Source of the DNA: Acidobacteriota bacterium
Lineage (GTDB): Bacteria > Acidobacteriota > Vicinamibacteria > Vicinamibacterales > 2-12-FULL-66-21
Length of the DNA stretch: 64,000 nt
Reading direction: 5' to 3'
Assembly: GCA_046732715.1 (NCBI GenBank)
Contig: JBKPNQ010000138.1
Coordinates: forward strand, 4,397 to 68,396
Under the pieces are notes generated by a model. The model had not been told where the DNA came from and did not search any database. It saw only the letters and a program-made list of their open reading frames with translations. Below are positions 1-9,502 of the stretch, piece after piece. The position numbers were made by a program, and so were the translations under genes. The number at the start of each line of letters is the position of its first letter. Positions within the stretch are counted from its first letter, which is position 1.

Positions 1-417
1 GAGGAGATTGTCCATCTTGACGACTTCCTCGAGTTGCTCGTCGATGAACCATTGGAGGAAGTTGCCAGCGAGGTAGTCGTTCTCCTTGACCGCGAGATCC
101 ATCAACCCCTTGATCTGGCTGGTCACTTCGTGTTCCCACTTGAGCGCGGCGTCGACCGCTGCTTCCGCCGACGTAAACGTCGGCGTCGGCGCCGGAATCG
201 ACGGAATCTGCAGGCTTCCTTTGGTGTCGAGCACGTACTTTACGAACTTCATTGCGTGCTGCTTCTCTTCCTCGGCCTGTTCGAAGAACAGCTTGGAGAG
301 CAGCTTCAGCTGTCGCTGCTGAAAGTGCCCGGCGATGCTCAGGTACTGCATGCTGGCGCCGAATTCATGCCCAATCTGCTGATTGAACGCTTTGACAAGT
401 GCTTTGCTGATCAACAA
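1..417 (-). CDS. Ferritin (non-haem, Ftn-like); 3' end lies beyond the window start
   Basis: Absent from the ORF track because it runs off the edge. Manual minus-strand translation from TTG 417: LLISKALVKAFNQQIGHEFGASMQYLSIAGHF...FFEQAEEEKQHAMKFVKYVLD...WEHEVTSQIKGLMDLAVKENDYLAGNFLQWFIDEQLEEVVKMDNLL, with ferritin-like diiron helices. GGAGAGAG lies just upstream. Confidence 0.75.
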   Translation of the reverse strand, partial: MLISKALVKAFNQQIGHEFGASMQYLSIAGHFQQRQLKLLSKLFFEQAEEEKQHAMKFVKYVLDTKGSLQIPSIPAPTPTFTSAEAAVDAALKWEHEVTSQIKGLMDLAVKENDYLAGNFLQWFIDEQLEEVVKMDNLL

Positions 418-436
418 TCCGCTCTCTCCATTCGCT

Positions 437-489
437 AATCGCTCCGAGGCGCTTCGCCCCTCGGACTTCCCAACACGCTCGTTCGCCGC
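437..489 (-). repeat. 5'-leader hairpin element, copy F (ferritin leader)
   Basis: mRNA sense: GGCGAACGAGCGTGTTGGGAAGTCCGAGGGGCGAAGCGCCTCGGAGCGATT, 20 nt upstream of the ferritin TTG. Confidence 0.8.
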
Positions 490-717
490 GGTCGTACCGG
501 CGTTCAAACCGCCGCTCACAAGTGGAGTGCGACGCCTGGCCCGGATCCCGGATTACCGACGGACTCCCTCGTAGTATGACGTGTTCTCGCATGCGACGCA
601 CGTGACTGACAGTTTCCGCCTGAAGAAGGAAGGCTCGAGAGTAACCGTAACGCTCATCTTGACACCCTAAATGAGACGTGGCACCATGCACTCATCTTGG
701 TCTCCTAAGGGAGCGCT

Positions 718-1044
718 GTGGAGAAGCTGGACATTCCCCAAGGCACGCTCGACTTGATGATTCTGACGATCCTGGCGCGCGAGCCGCTGCATGGCTACGG
801 GATCTCACAGCGGCTGGCAGTGCTCAGCCACGATCAGTTCCACGTCAATCCGGGATCGCTGTTCCCGTCGCTGTACCGTCTGGAGCAGGACGGAAAACTG
901 AAAGCCGAATGGCGGGCCACCGAGAACAATCGGCGCGCCAAGTACTACCGTCTCACCGCCTCCGGCCGGCGACAACTCGAGCAGCATCGCGAACGCTGGA
1001 ACCGGGTCTCGTTCGCCGTCACAAGTGTGCTGGAGGGCGCATGA
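718..1044 (+). CDS. PadR family transcriptional regulator
   Basis: 108 aa. GTLDLMILTILAREPLHGYGISQRL...GSLFPSLYRLEQDGKL...NRRAKYYRLTASG is a canonical PadR winged helix. GTG start after AGGGAG. The stop overlaps the next gene (ATGA). Confidence 0.9.
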   Translation: MEKLDIPQGTLDLMILTILAREPLHGYGISQRLAVLSHDQFHVNPGSLFPSLYRLEQDGKLKAEWRATENNRRAKYYRLTASGRRQLEQHRERWNRVSFAVTSVLEGA

Positions 1045-3692
1045 CGCTCCTCCACCGCTTCGCGTCCATCGTGCGGTGGATCGTTCGTCGCGATCGGGCC
1101 GAACGCGACCTGAACGACGAGCTGCAAGCGTTTGTCGACATGGCGGCCGCCGACAAGATGCGCGATGGTGTCGCGCCGGACGAGGCGCACCGTCTGGCTG
1201 TTCTCGAAGTCGGCGGAGTGGAACAGACGAAAGAACGAGTCCGTACCGGTCGTCGCGGCGCATGGCTCGACGCGGCCGCGCGCGATGTGCGGTACGCGCT
1301 TCGAATGTGCGTCCGGAACCCGGGCTTCAGCACCGTCGTCCTGGTGACGCTGGCGTTGGGGATTGGCGCGAACACTGCGGTGTTCAGTGTGATCGACGCC
1401 GTCCTGCTGCGGCCGATGACCTACGCGGAGCCCGAGCGGCTGGTTATCGTGCATGAAACGCTTGCCGGCAGAGGGAGGGTCCCGGTTGGCGCGGCCGAAT
1501 TCGAGGAGTGGCGGCGAGCCGCCACGTCCTTCGAGCAGATGGCGCTATTGGCGGTCGCACCCGTCATCCTCACGGGCAGCGGCGATCCCGTCAGGCTCGA
1601 GGCCGCGCGCGTTTCACCCAGTCTGTTTCCGATGCTCGGGATCGACGCGGCGCTCGGGCGTACGTTCACTCCCGACGAAGAGGTGCCGGGTCGACATCGG
1701 GTCGTTGTGCTGGGCGATGCCGTGTGGCGAACGCGCTTCGGCGCGGATCCGTCGATCGTCGGGCGGATCGTCACCCTCAACGACGAACCCTATGTCGTGA
1801 GCGGCGTGTTGCCCGAGCGATTCCGCTTCCCACGCATGGAGCAGGTTTTTGTGATGGGCATCTCAGGCAACCGGCCACAATTGTGGATGCCATTTGCTAT
1901 CACCGCTGCAGAACGCGGCGAGAACAGTTTCGCCGCCATCGCGAAGCTCAAGCGCGGCATTTCGATGGATCAGGGCCGGGATGAAGTGAGCGCCGTTCTC
2001 AATCGGCTCGCACAGCAAGCCCCCAACGCACCTCGGCTTGGCGCCGAAATCATTCCACTCCAAGAGCAGGTCGTGGGTTCGTCTCGAGAAGTGCTGATGC
2101 TCGTCTGGGCCGCAATCACTGCCGTGCTGCTGGTGGCCTGTGCAAACATTGCGAACCTGTTCCTGGTACGGTCGGCCGCGCGCAGTCACGAACTTGCGAT
2201 TCGGGGCGCCCTCGGTGCGAGTCGGGGAACCCTCATTCGCCATTCGTTGCTCGACACGATGACGCTCGCCGTGATCGGCGGACTTGGCGGAGTGTTGCTG
2301 GCGAGATGGTCGATTCCGTTTCTCGTCCGGCTGGCTCCGGCGAGCGTGCCGCGACTCGATGAAGTCGCCGTGGACCAACGGGCGATCCTGTTCACGACCC
2401 TCATCACGACCACCACCGGCCTTGTCGTAGGCTTGCTTCCCGCTCGCCGAGCCGCCGCCACTAATGTCATCGATGGTCTCAGAGTTACGGCACGGTCGAG
2501 CACACTGAGTCGTCACGACCGCACTGCCCGGAGCCTCATGGTGACCACGCAGATTGCCCTCACAGTTGCGTGCCTCGGTGCGGCTGGTCTCCTGATCCAG
2601 AGTCTCCTCAACACTCTCCGTGTTGATGCCGGCTTCGCGTCCGATCGAACCCTGGCGGTAGATGTCAGCCTGTCCCCCGGGCGTTACGGCACTCTCGATG
2701 CCAAAGCTGCCTTCGTCCGAAAGACGTTGGAGCGCATGGAAGCGGTCCCCGGGGTGACCTCGGTGGGATTCGTGAACAAGCCTCCGCTGAGCGGCATCAG
2801 CCTGAACAGCGTGCTCGTGCTGGAAGGCAGCGAGCGGGCAGCCATTTCGATGGTGGACCGTCCTCTAGCCGACGTCCGCTCCGTTGATGCCGAGTACTTC
2901 CGGACGTTAGGCATTCAGCTTCTTGACGGCCACTTGTTCGATGCGACGGAGACCCGACCGGTAGCCGTTATTTCGGAGGCACTCGCGGACCGCGCGTGGC
3001 CCGGGGAACGCGCGATCGGTAAGCGCTTTCGATTGACGGCGCGGCCCGGCAGTCTGGTCGAAGTCATTGGCGTCGTCCGGGACGTGCGCAACATGCGCCT
3101 TGATTCCGGTCCATCTCCGACACTCTACCTGCCTTACTGGCAAGGATTCATCAACGCGGCCTCGTTCACTGTGAAGACCGCCCTGGATCCGTCCGCGGCA
3201 ACCGCTGCCATCCGTGCTGCGATATCTGACATCGATCGGGCCGTGCCGATTGGCTCCGTGAGGACGATGCAAGGAATTGTGAGCGAGTCCCTGGCCACCC
3301 GCACGTTCCAAGCAACGCTCCTGACAGTGTTCGGTGCAGTTGCGCTGGCATTGTCGGCTATCGGTGTCTTCGGCGTCATGTCGTACGCGGTAGGTCAAAG
3401 AGCAAAGGAACTCGGCATTCGCCTTGCGCTCGGCGCGACGCCGCGGTCGCTTCAGAAAATGATGATCTCGGACGTGCTCAGACTTGTCGGCGGTGGTGTG
3501 GCGCTTGGAATACCTCTCGCAGTCGCAGCCGGCGTGGTCTTACGCGACCAACTCTTCGGTGTCGGCCCGCAAGACCTCCGCGCGCTCGCTGCGTCGTCGG
3601 CAGCGATCTTTCTGGTTGCGATGATCGCAGGGTGGGTACCGGCACTTCGTGCCACTCGGATCGATCCCGTCGCGACCCTGCGGGTCGAATGA
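1041..3692 (+). CDS. ADOP-type duplicated FtsX/MacB-like permease
   Basis: In-frame ATG 1041 within ORF 678..3692 (MTLLHRFASIVRWIV...). Two MacB-like periplasmic plus FtsX TM modules. Pairing with PadR is typical of Acidobacteria. The upstream 121 codons of the track ORF overlap padR in another frame. Confidence 0.85.
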   Translation: MTLLHRFASIVRWIVRRDRAERDLNDELQAFVDMAAADKMRDGVAPDEAHRLAVLEVGGVEQTKERVRTGRRGAWLDAAARDVRYALRMCVRNPGFSTVVLVTLALGIGANTAVFSVIDAVLLRPMTYAEPERLVIVHETLAGRGRVPVGAAEFEEWRRAATSFEQMALLAVAPVILTGSGDPVRLEAARVSPSLFPMLGIDAALGRTFTPDEEVPGRHRVVVLGDAVWRTRFGADPSIVGRIVTLNDEPYVVSGVLPERFRFPRMEQVFVMGISGNRPQLWMPFAITAAERGENSFAAIAKLKRGISMDQGRDEVSAVLNRLAQQAPNAPRLGAEIIPLQEQVVGSSREVLMLVWAAITAVLLVACANIANLFLVRSAARSHELAIRGALGASRGTLIRHSLLDTMTLAVIGGLGGVLLARWSIPFLVRLAPASVPRLDEVAVDQRAILFTTLITTTTGLVVGLLPARRAAATNVIDGLRVTARSSTLSRHDRTARSLMVTTQIALTVACLGAAGLLIQSLLNTLRVDAGFASDRTLAVDVSLSPGRYGTLDAKAAFVRKTLERMEAVPGVTSVGFVNKPPLSGISLNSVLVLEGSERAAISMVDRPLADVRSVDAEYFRTLGIQLLDGHLFDATETRPVAVISEALADRAWPGERAIGKRFRLTARPGSLVEVIGVVRDVRNMRLDSGPSPTLYLPYWQGFINAASFTVKTALDPSAATAAIRAAISDIDRAVPIGSVRTMQGIVSESLATRTFQATLLTVFGAVALALSAIGVFGVMSYAVGQRAKELGIRLALGATPRSLQKMMISDVLRLVGGGVALGIPLAVAAGVVLRDQLFGVGPQDLRALAASSAAIFLVAMIAGWVPALRATRIDPVATLRVE

Positions 3693-3753
3693 GCCGTCGG
3701 CCGGGCGTGTCGAGCCGGCAACACCGCCGGCGATGGCTCACGAAAGGGGAGTT

Positions 3754-4428
3754 ATGAACAGGCGTGAGTTCGTCATCTCTACTTCTGGCGTGGCTGTTGG
3801 TCTCTTCGCTCCTTTCAGGGTTGGCGGACAGCAGAAAACGATCGAGCCCGATCTGGGGTTGCTTGCCGACGGGAAAGGCTTGAACGGTTCCAACCGGACC
3901 ATCAGCCGAATCAGCGACGGCGCCCGAAAGGGTGTTCGTCTGAGCGAAGCTCAAGGCGAAGGGCCGGCGTACCTGCCGGGGATCGAATTCGCCAACGGCA
4001 CCATCGAATTGGATATGAAGGGCAAAGACGTTCAAGGCGCAAGCTTCATCGGCGTCGCGTTTGATGGCGTCGATGCCACGACCTACGACGCGATTTATTT
4101 CCGTCCGTTCAACTTCAAGACCGAAGACCAGGCACGGGTCCTTCGCGCCGTGCAATACATCTCCCATCCCGCGCATCCGTGGGAGAAGCTGCGAGCAGAG
4201 CACCCGGGCCAGTACGAAAAGCCTGTCAAACCGGTGCCAGATCCGAACAGCTGGTTTCATGCACGGGTGGTTGTCGCGAGCCCCAAGGTGAGCGTCTTTG
4301 TCGGCGATGGCAAAGAACCGTGCCTGACCGTCACCCAGCTGAGCGATCGCAAGAAGGGCCTGGTCGGAATCTGGGTGGGCAATACCTCTGGCGGAGATTT
4401 CGCCAACTTCAAAATCGTTCCCGCCTAG
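3754..4428 (+). CDS. Secreted hypothetical protein, concanavalin A/LamG-like jelly-roll (DUF1080-like)
   Basis: Internal ATG 3754 preceded by AAGGGGA. MNRREFVISTSGVAVGLFAP looks like a Tat-type signal. The fold call rests on weak similarity only. Confidence 0.55.
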   Translation: MNRREFVISTSGVAVGLFAPFRVGGQQKTIEPDLGLLADGKGLNGSNRTISRISDGARKGVRLSEAQGEGPAYLPGIEFANGTIELDMKGKDVQGASFIGVAFDGVDATTYDAIYFRPFNFKTEDQARVLRAVQYISHPAHPWEKLRAEHPGQYEKPVKPVPDPNSWFHARVVVASPKVSVFVGDGKEPCLTVTQLSDRKKGLVGIWVGNTSGGDFANFKIVPA

Positions 4429-4467
4429 TCGGTCCGCACAGAATTGGGTCGCGCACGATTCTGTGAC

Positions 4468-5094
4468 TCATTGTCTGATGAAGCGCAGCACCTCGAAAGC
4501 CTTCCCTGATGGCAGCAGTTCCGTGCGGCGGAGCATGACGGTCAGTCCCTCATTCTCAGCCGCTTCGGTCAGGGCACCTGGATCGACAAAATGGAAAAGC
4601 GATTCGAGCGACTGCAGGATCGTGAATGGCGTCGGTGTCACTGCCGGACTCGAGGTCGAGGGGCGTTGGAGAACGACGCTGAGCACGCCGCCGCGCGTCA
4701 GCGTTCGCGCAACACGCCGGATCAGCGGCTGCCACGTGACGTATTCGAATACCAGCGCGGCATGGACGAGGTCGAATGCGTTCGCTTCAAGCCCCGTGTC
4801 GTTGACGTCCGCGCAACGAATCTTCAACTCGAATCCTGGATCCGGAAACGCATCGGCAAGTCGCTGAAGGTATGAGGCGTTGATGTCGATCACCGTCACG
4901 TGCTCCGTGACCGCGCGATCGACGTGCTCCAGACCGTTACCGGAGGAACAACCAAGCACCAGGAAGGTGCGCGGCCGCAGCTCGTCAAGCGCCTCGCGCA
5001 TCAACCGATTGAGCACGGCCCGCTGGTTGACCGACGGATGGCTCATATGACCGACATAGTCGGCCTCCGGGATGGCGAGCCAAGGATTGGTCAT
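4468..5094 (-). CDS. Class I SAM-dependent methyltransferase
   Basis: 208 aa. FLVLGCSSGNGLEH (motif I) and VTVIDIN. ATG start. Confidence 0.8.
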   Translation of the reverse strand: MTNPWLAIPEADYVGHMSHPSVNQRAVLNRLMREALDELRPRTFLVLGCSSGNGLEHVDRAVTEHVTVIDINASYLQRLADAFPDPGFELKIRCADVNDTGLEANAFDLVHAALVFEYVTWQPLIRRVARTLTRGGVLSVVLQRPSTSSPAVTPTPFTILQSLESLFHFVDPGALTEAAENEGLTVMLRRTELLPSGKAFEVLRFIRQ

Positions 5095-5165
5095 GAATCA
5101 CACGCGCTCGTTCGCCATTGGTGATCTCATTGGAGCGCCTCCTGTCGGCGCCGGTCCACGCCGCA

Positions 5166-5711
5166 TCAATCCGAACGTCCGTCTGGGTGATTCAGTTCCT
5201 TATAGAAGATCTCCGTGGCGTGAGGAGTTGTTCCGTCGGTATCAAGGGCATACCTCGGGATCGTGCCCGCGTGAGCCCAGCCAATCCGGCGATACAGGCG
5301 CTCGGCAACGCCACCGCGCTTGGCATCCAGCGTCAGCAGTCGAAACCCGGCCTCGCCCGCCGCCGCCTCAATCGTTCGCATCAGCTCGGTGCCAAGTCCA
5401 GCGCCCCGCCCGCGCCGATGCACGATCAACTTCGCGACGTCACCGCGATGCGGCTGATTCGGCGCCCACGCGGGATGAAGCTGCACCGTCCCAACGATCC
5501 CTTCGTCGTCGCGAGCAACGAGAAAGATTGCGCGGGGATCGGCAGTGGCGATCACCTGTCGCCACCACTCCCGCGCGCGCTCGAGCGGGAGCGGGGGCAG
5601 AAAACTCACCGCTGCACCTGAGTCGACGGCATCAATCAGGAGATGCGCAAGGGACTCGAGGTCCGTCTCTGCCACCGGACCCGTCAATCGCTCGATCGTG
5701 TACACCGTCAC
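5166..5711 (-). CDS. GNAT family N-acetyltransferase
   Basis: C-terminal part of track ORF 5166..6254. GTG 5711 overlaps the upstream stop (GTGA). LIVHRRGRGAGLGTELM...AERLYRRIGW is the acetyl-CoA binding motif. Confidence 0.8.
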   Translation of the reverse strand: MTVYTIERLTGPVAETDLESLAHLLIDAVDSGAAVSFLPPLPLERAREWWRQVIATADPRAIFLVARDDEGIVGTVQLHPAWAPNQPHRGDVAKLIVHRRGRGAGLGTELMRTIEAAAGEAGFRLLTLDAKRGGVAERLYRRIGWAHAGTIPRYALDTDGTTPHATEIFYKELNHPDGRSD

Positions 5712-6106
5712 CGCTGATTCCGCGGGTTCCGAAGGACGAGCGTCGTTCCGATGACCGTCGCCCCCTGGAACAGAAAGAGAAGCCAAAATGGCTCTCGTCC
5801 GCTGTAGAGATAACAGGCGATACCCGTCGCCGTGTAGAAGACGCCGATGATGAACGCGGCACCCGATCGCGTCGTCGAGCCAGTCTTGAGCGCCGGCCAC
5901 GCCCAGAACAATATCGCTCCACACACCAGCATGGCCCCGCTGACGAAATACCAGACAATCCAAATCACCCCGACGATGTCGGCATGAAGAGTCGACGCCG
6001 CGACCGCGGCTTCCACCGGCTTGATGCCGAGGAAGCCATGCCCGAAGGCGCCGAGCGTGATGGTGACAGCCGCCAGCCAGTAGAGCACGGTCGCGATGGT
6101 TCGCAA
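5708..6106 (-). CDS. Hypothetical integral membrane protein (4 TM)
   Basis: 132 aa, four hydrophobic helices. TTG start 4 nt after GGAGG. Coupled to the downstream GNAT. Confidence 0.6.
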   Translation of the reverse strand: MRTIATVLYWLAAVTITLGAFGHGFLGIKPVEAAVAASTLHADIVGVIWIVWYFVSGAMLVCGAILFWAWPALKTGSTTRSGAAFIIGVFYTATGIACYLYSGREPFWLLFLFQGATVIGTTLVLRNPRNQR

Positions 6107-6441
6107 GAAGCCTCCGCAGCACGTTCAACGGGTGCAGTGCAGCGCTGCCCCGATGAACCGCCACACTGTTACCGGCAGATACTCCACCACGAACGCAGCC
6201 GCCATCAACAGAACCTTGATGTAGTCCCCTCGCCGCGTGCTGCGAAACGCGCACCGCGGAGGAACGAGCGAATCCGCGGATTCACGATCCCGGCCAGGGT
6301 TGACCAGTCACGAATGATGCGGTGGTGTGGGCCGGCGCCTTGGACGAGAAGGAACATGGCGCGCAGGCGCAGGCACAGCCGCAGCGGAGGGCCGGCAAAT
6401 CGAATGCGAAATGCTTCCAGCGCGCCCAGCAAACCGTCCCC

Positions 6442-7212
6442 CTAGTGCGTCAAGCCGTAAATCACGTAGTTGACGCCGAGCTTGTAGGCCTCGTTCGACG
6501 CGTCGAATGGAAAGAGGCCCTCGCCCGACCATTCCCAGTATTCCGGCACGTCGTTATCGAAGTTGGCGACCACCATCAGTCGCTTCGACGGGTCGTTGTC
6601 TTCGAAAATCCCGTAGTAGTTCGGACGAATGCCTGACATCGGATGAACAATCGCGTCGATGTCCTTGATGCGAAAGAATGAATCGAAGATGCGATGGGTG
6701 TTGTCGAGTTTGACGAACGTCGCGTCAGGAAGCACGCGCCGCATCTGAGCTTCGAAGTTGCTCCACTGTTGAACGCCGTCGAAGTCCTCGAATACGGCAA
6801 AGCCGCCCTTCATCAGGTAGGCGCGGAAGAATCCGGCCTCGCGATCGGTCAGGTTCCAGAAACCAGGCTCCCACATGAACGCGATCGGATAGTTGAATAG
6901 CTCCGGATCGTCGAGCGTGAGAATCAGGCTGTCCTCGGTATGAGGATCGACCAGCGTCAGCTCCTTGAGGATCATCGCGAGGTGACGCTCGGCGCGCGGA
7001 TAGTCGTGGTTCCAGGCTGAGCTGAAGCCACGGCGGGAAAATCCGAAGTCCGATCGCCACCGCAGCCGCACGAATGTGAAGCGGCCATCGTAGGTCAGCT
7101 CGGATTGTCTTGGGTATTGGGCGACGACGTGGACGTCAGCAGCCGCGGAGACACTGGAGATGACCGCGAATGCGATGAGCAGGCCTCGACGCACAAGGGC
7201 ATTATGACGCAA
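6442..7212 (-). CDS. DUF4159 domain-containing protein
   Basis: 256 aa with a signal peptide. WNHDYPRAE...YPIAFMWEPGFW...GGFAVFEDF is typical of DUF4159. TTG 7212, or alternatively GTG 7194. Confidence 0.8.
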   Translation of the reverse strand: MRHNALVRRGLLIAFAVISSVSAAADVHVVAQYPRQSELTYDGRFTFVRLRWRSDFGFSRRGFSSAWNHDYPRAERHLAMILKELTLVDPHTEDSLILTLDDPELFNYPIAFMWEPGFWNLTDREAGFFRAYLMKGGFAVFEDFDGVQQWSNFEAQMRRVLPDATFVKLDNTHRIFDSFFRIKDIDAIVHPMSGIRPNYYGIFEDNDPSKRLMVVANFDNDVPEYWEWSGEGLFPFDASNEAYKLGVNYVIYGLTH

Positions 7213-7214
7213 GT

Positions 7215-7277
7215 GGATTGCGGACTTCGGATTGCGGATTGTCGATTGAGACTGCGAATTGGCGATTGCCGATTCTC
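7215..7277. repeat. Heptamer tandem array, 9 units (GGATTGC type), filling the whole intergenic region
   Basis: ggattgc ggacttc ggattgc ggattgt cgattga gactgcg aattggc gattgcc gattctc. Runs from the DUF4159 start to the GNAT stop. Confidence 0.85.
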
Positions 7278-7860
7278 AGGCTCTCGCAAAAACGTCCTCG
7301 CGCGTGATTTCCCAGATCATGCTGTCGCGCGCCGCGCCAGAGGGCTTGATCGTCGCATTCGGGATCGTGCGCAGGTGGCGGTAGCCGAGCCGCTTTGGAA
7401 CTCCGGCGCTCGCGACGTTCTCCGGATCGCATCGGATTTGAACCCGCTCGATTCCTGGTTGCTTGAGCGCCAGCCTCGTGAGCGCGTCGGCCGCTTCCGA
7501 CATGAAGCCCTGGCCTGTCGCCGATGCCTGCAACCAGTAGCCCATTTCGAGGCAGTCCTCGCCGATGCGTGGATGAAGCCCGGCGCCGCCAAGCAGCGCA
7601 TCGGCGGACCGAGACCAGATGGCGAAGAGCCACTGCTCACCGGCATCGAACTGATTGGCAAACAGATCGAGGCGCTCCTCGAGAGCGCCGATCGGGGAAG
7701 GCTCGGACATCGCCCAGGGCAACCAGGCCTGAAGGTGCTCGAGGTTCCCATCGAGCACCACTTTCAATGCCAGCGCATCAGCTCGTCGCCACGAACGCAG
7801 CAGCAGACGCGGTGTCGGCCATTCAGATGGCAGCGAGAGCTTCAATAGCCTATGTCGCAA
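7276..7860 (-). CDS. GNAT family N-acetyltransferase (RimJ/RimL-like)
   Basis: 194 aa. LLLRSWRRADALAL...GYWLQASATGQGFMSEA...RLGY. TTG start; the exact start is uncertain. Confidence 0.8.
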   Translation of the reverse strand: MRHRLLKLSLPSEWPTPRLLLRSWRRADALALKVVLDGNLEHLQAWLPWAMSEPSPIGALEERLDLFANQFDAGEQWLFAIWSRSADALLGGAGLHPRIGEDCLEMGYWLQASATGQGFMSEAADALTRLALKQPGIERVQIRCDPENVASAGVPKRLGYRHLRTIPNATIKPSGAARDSMIWEITREDVFARA

Positions 7861-7888
7861 TTCGCGGTTCGCGGCTCGCCAGTCGCGT
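7854..7888. repeat. Heptamer tandem array, 5 units (TTCGCGG type)
   Basis: gtcgcaa ttcgcgg ttcgcgg ctcgcca gtcgcgt. Lies between the 7906 stop and the 7860 start. Confidence 0.75.
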
Positions 7889-7905
7889 GATTAGGACGCG
7901 TCCAC

Positions 7906-8376
7906 TCACTTGGGCGCCCCTGGCATCTCGGCGATCCGCACGATCCACTTGAACGCTTTGTCGACCCCATCTTTGGCCGCTTTATTCCAGTAGCCCGAGG
8001 CAACTCCTTTGATGTCCGTCTCGTGCTCGCCGTATCTGAGGTGCAGACGCACCATCGTGTCCCCCAGAGGTGTGACTGACGCTCCCCCGAATCCGCCTCC
8101 CGCATCGCGTCTCTCTCGAGCGATCACCTCGACAACCACGTTCGCGTCCTCAGCGCTCTGGACGATAGCAATCCCTGCCTTCTTACTGAGCGCCTCACGG
8201 ACGTCGCGGACCGAATCGAGACGGCCCTGCTCCTCTTCCGTCGGCGGCGTGGACTTCGCTTCGGCGGTGAAGACGAACACTCGCGGCGCCGGCGAGTCAG
8301 ACGATGTTTTACGGCTGGGCTGTTGGGACGTGCCGGCCAGAGCCAGCGCCAGCAGAAATACGCTGGACTTGAACAT
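7906..8376 (-). CDS. Secreted hypothetical protein
   Basis: Internal ATG 8376 preceded by GGGGAG. MFKSSVFLLALALAGTSQQ is a signal peptide. The upstream 59 codons of the track ORF cover a repeat element. Confidence 0.6.
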   Translation of the reverse strand: MFKSSVFLLALALAGTSQQPSRKTSSDSPAPRVFVFTAEAKSTPPTEEEQGRLDSVRDVREALSKKAGIAIVQSAEDANVVVEVIARERRDAGGGFGGASVTPLGDTMVRLHLRYGEHETDIKGVASGYWNKAAKDGVDKAFKWIVRIAEMPGAPK

Positions 8377-8380
8377 GACT

Positions 8381-8462
8381 ATCACTCCCCGCGATCGGCA
8401 GCGCTCGGCAATACTGATTTTAACCGAGGATCTTCGTCCCTCGGACTCCCGACACGCGCTCC
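8381..8462 (-). repeat. 5'-leader hairpin element, copy S (split by an insert of about 33 nt)
   Basis: mRNA sense: GCGTGTCGGGAGTCCGAGGGACGAAGATCCTCGG-[insert]-GGGAGTGATAGTC-ATG(8376). Confidence 0.7.
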
Positions 8463-8659
8463 GATCGCGTGGCTCGCACCACTCGCTCGCACCCTCGAAC
8501 CAGCGTTCGGGTTGTGTGAGACTGCTTCTATTGTCGCTGACCGAGCGTGACATTGATCCGCACGAAACTCTCCTCGCGGATCAACGCGACCAAGCACACG
8601 AGGACGACTCACTCTTCGGCGGCGACCGCTGGATGGGATTGACCGCGGGACCGGTGGAA

Positions 8660-8896
8660 CTATCGCCGCTGCCAGCGGATTTCGATGCCGTCGCTCGACC
8701 CGAGCGCCGTACGCAGGATGCCAAGCAGATGATCGCTCGGCCTACCGTCCGCGAGCATATCGATGGTTGCCTGATCGATGTAGTAATCCTGGTCCTCGGA
8801 CGACTCCTCTTCCAACCCATCGATCAGCACCTGCAGGTCAGCCTCGGTGATGCTGCCGAGCAGTTGGTTTGTGGCGGTGTTATACAAATCAATCAT
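8660..8896 (-). CDS. Small acidic hypothetical protein (78 aa)
   Basis: ATG 8896 overlaps the stop of the upstream GNAT (ATGA). Contains the acidic run EEESSEDQDYYID. No family recognised. Confidence 0.55.
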   Translation of the reverse strand: MIDLYNTATNQLLGSITEADLQVLIDGLEEESSEDQDYYIDQATIDMLADGRPSDHLLGILRTALGSSDGIEIRWQRR

Positions 8897-9489
8897 CGGA
8901 ACGCTCTCCTCGAATCGGTCTTGCCAACCTCATGCCGTTGCACGCGCTTGGCCAGGAAGATGTCGGGCTTGCCTGGACCGTTTGCGTCAGGCATGACGCC
9001 AACAATCGTAAATCCGAGTCGCTGATAGAACTCGTAGGGGTGGCCGCCCAGATTGCGTACGCCTCGAATCGCGCCCGCCACGTCGGCATACAGGTCCACT
9101 TCGCTCAGCGTCGTCTCGTGATTCTCGTCGTCGCTGCCCACCCACAGGGTGACGCCACCCAGTTGCCGCACTGTGCCCTCGAGATCGAGTACGAGCGCGC
9201 GGCCAACGCCGCGTCGCCGCGACGGGGCCGCGACCACGAGCGGATGAATCTCCCAGACGTTGCCGTCGTACTCGGGCATGGCACCGATCCATCCGAGGAC
9301 GGCATCTGAGTCATCAACGGCGACGCGGCTGATTCTTCCGTCCGTCAGCGAGTCGAGCGCCTCCTGTCGAGCCGATGCGAGGTCTGGCCAGTCCTTCGCG
9401 CGGCCCAGGAAGCCGTCATAAAGCAACCTCGCGGCCTGATCGACGAGGTCGATGCGATCCGCCGTCAGGTCGAGGATGCGCAGACTCAC
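8893..9489 (-). CDS. GNAT family N-acetyltransferase (possibly AAC(6')-like)
   Basis: HPLVVAAPSRRRGVGRALV...GHPYEFYQRLGFTIVGVMPDANGPGKPDIFLAKRV. GTG 9489 avoids overlap. The track start 9534 (GTG) would overlap the upstream gene by 32 nt. Confidence 0.7.
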   Translation of the reverse strand: MSLRILDLTADRIDLVDQAARLLYDGFLGRAKDWPDLASARQEALDSLTDGRISRVAVDDSDAVLGWIGAMPEYDGNVWEIHPLVVAAPSRRRGVGRALVLDLEGTVRQLGGVTLWVGSDDENHETTLSEVDLYADVAGAIRGVRNLGGHPYEFYQRLGFTIVGVMPDANGPGKPDIFLAKRVQRHEVGKTDSRRAFR

Positions 9490-9502
9490 CAGTGTTGACC
9501 GA

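Noticed and set aside
576-607. Partial palindrome ACGTG-N15-CACGT with a central GCATGC, upstream of padR, as a possible PadR operator
   Set aside because: Only the outer 5 nt and the centre are symmetric. Without comparative data this is too weak to call.
365-691. 108-aa minus-strand ORF in the ferritin-padR gap
   Set aside because: It overlaps the real ferritin start and reads through the leader repeat element. No homology was recognised.
678-1040. N-terminal 121 codons of the 1004-aa track ORF
   Set aside because: They overlap padR in a different frame. The permease homology begins at ATG 1041, which forms an ATGA junction with the padR stop.
6107-6441. Possible frameshifted gene remnant in a 335-nt gap (frames reading LLGALEAFRIRFAGPPLRL... 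and VLLMAAAFVVEYLPVTVWRF...)
   Set aside because: The frames are short and broken and match no family I can name. I cannot distinguish this from chance open frames in GC-rich DNA.
5072-6445. 457-aa plus-strand ORF, very Arg/Pro/Ser-rich
   Set aside because: It lies antisense to three well-supported minus-strand genes (GNAT, membrane protein). Its composition is typical of out-of-frame reading of GC-rich DNA, and it contains no recognisable domain.
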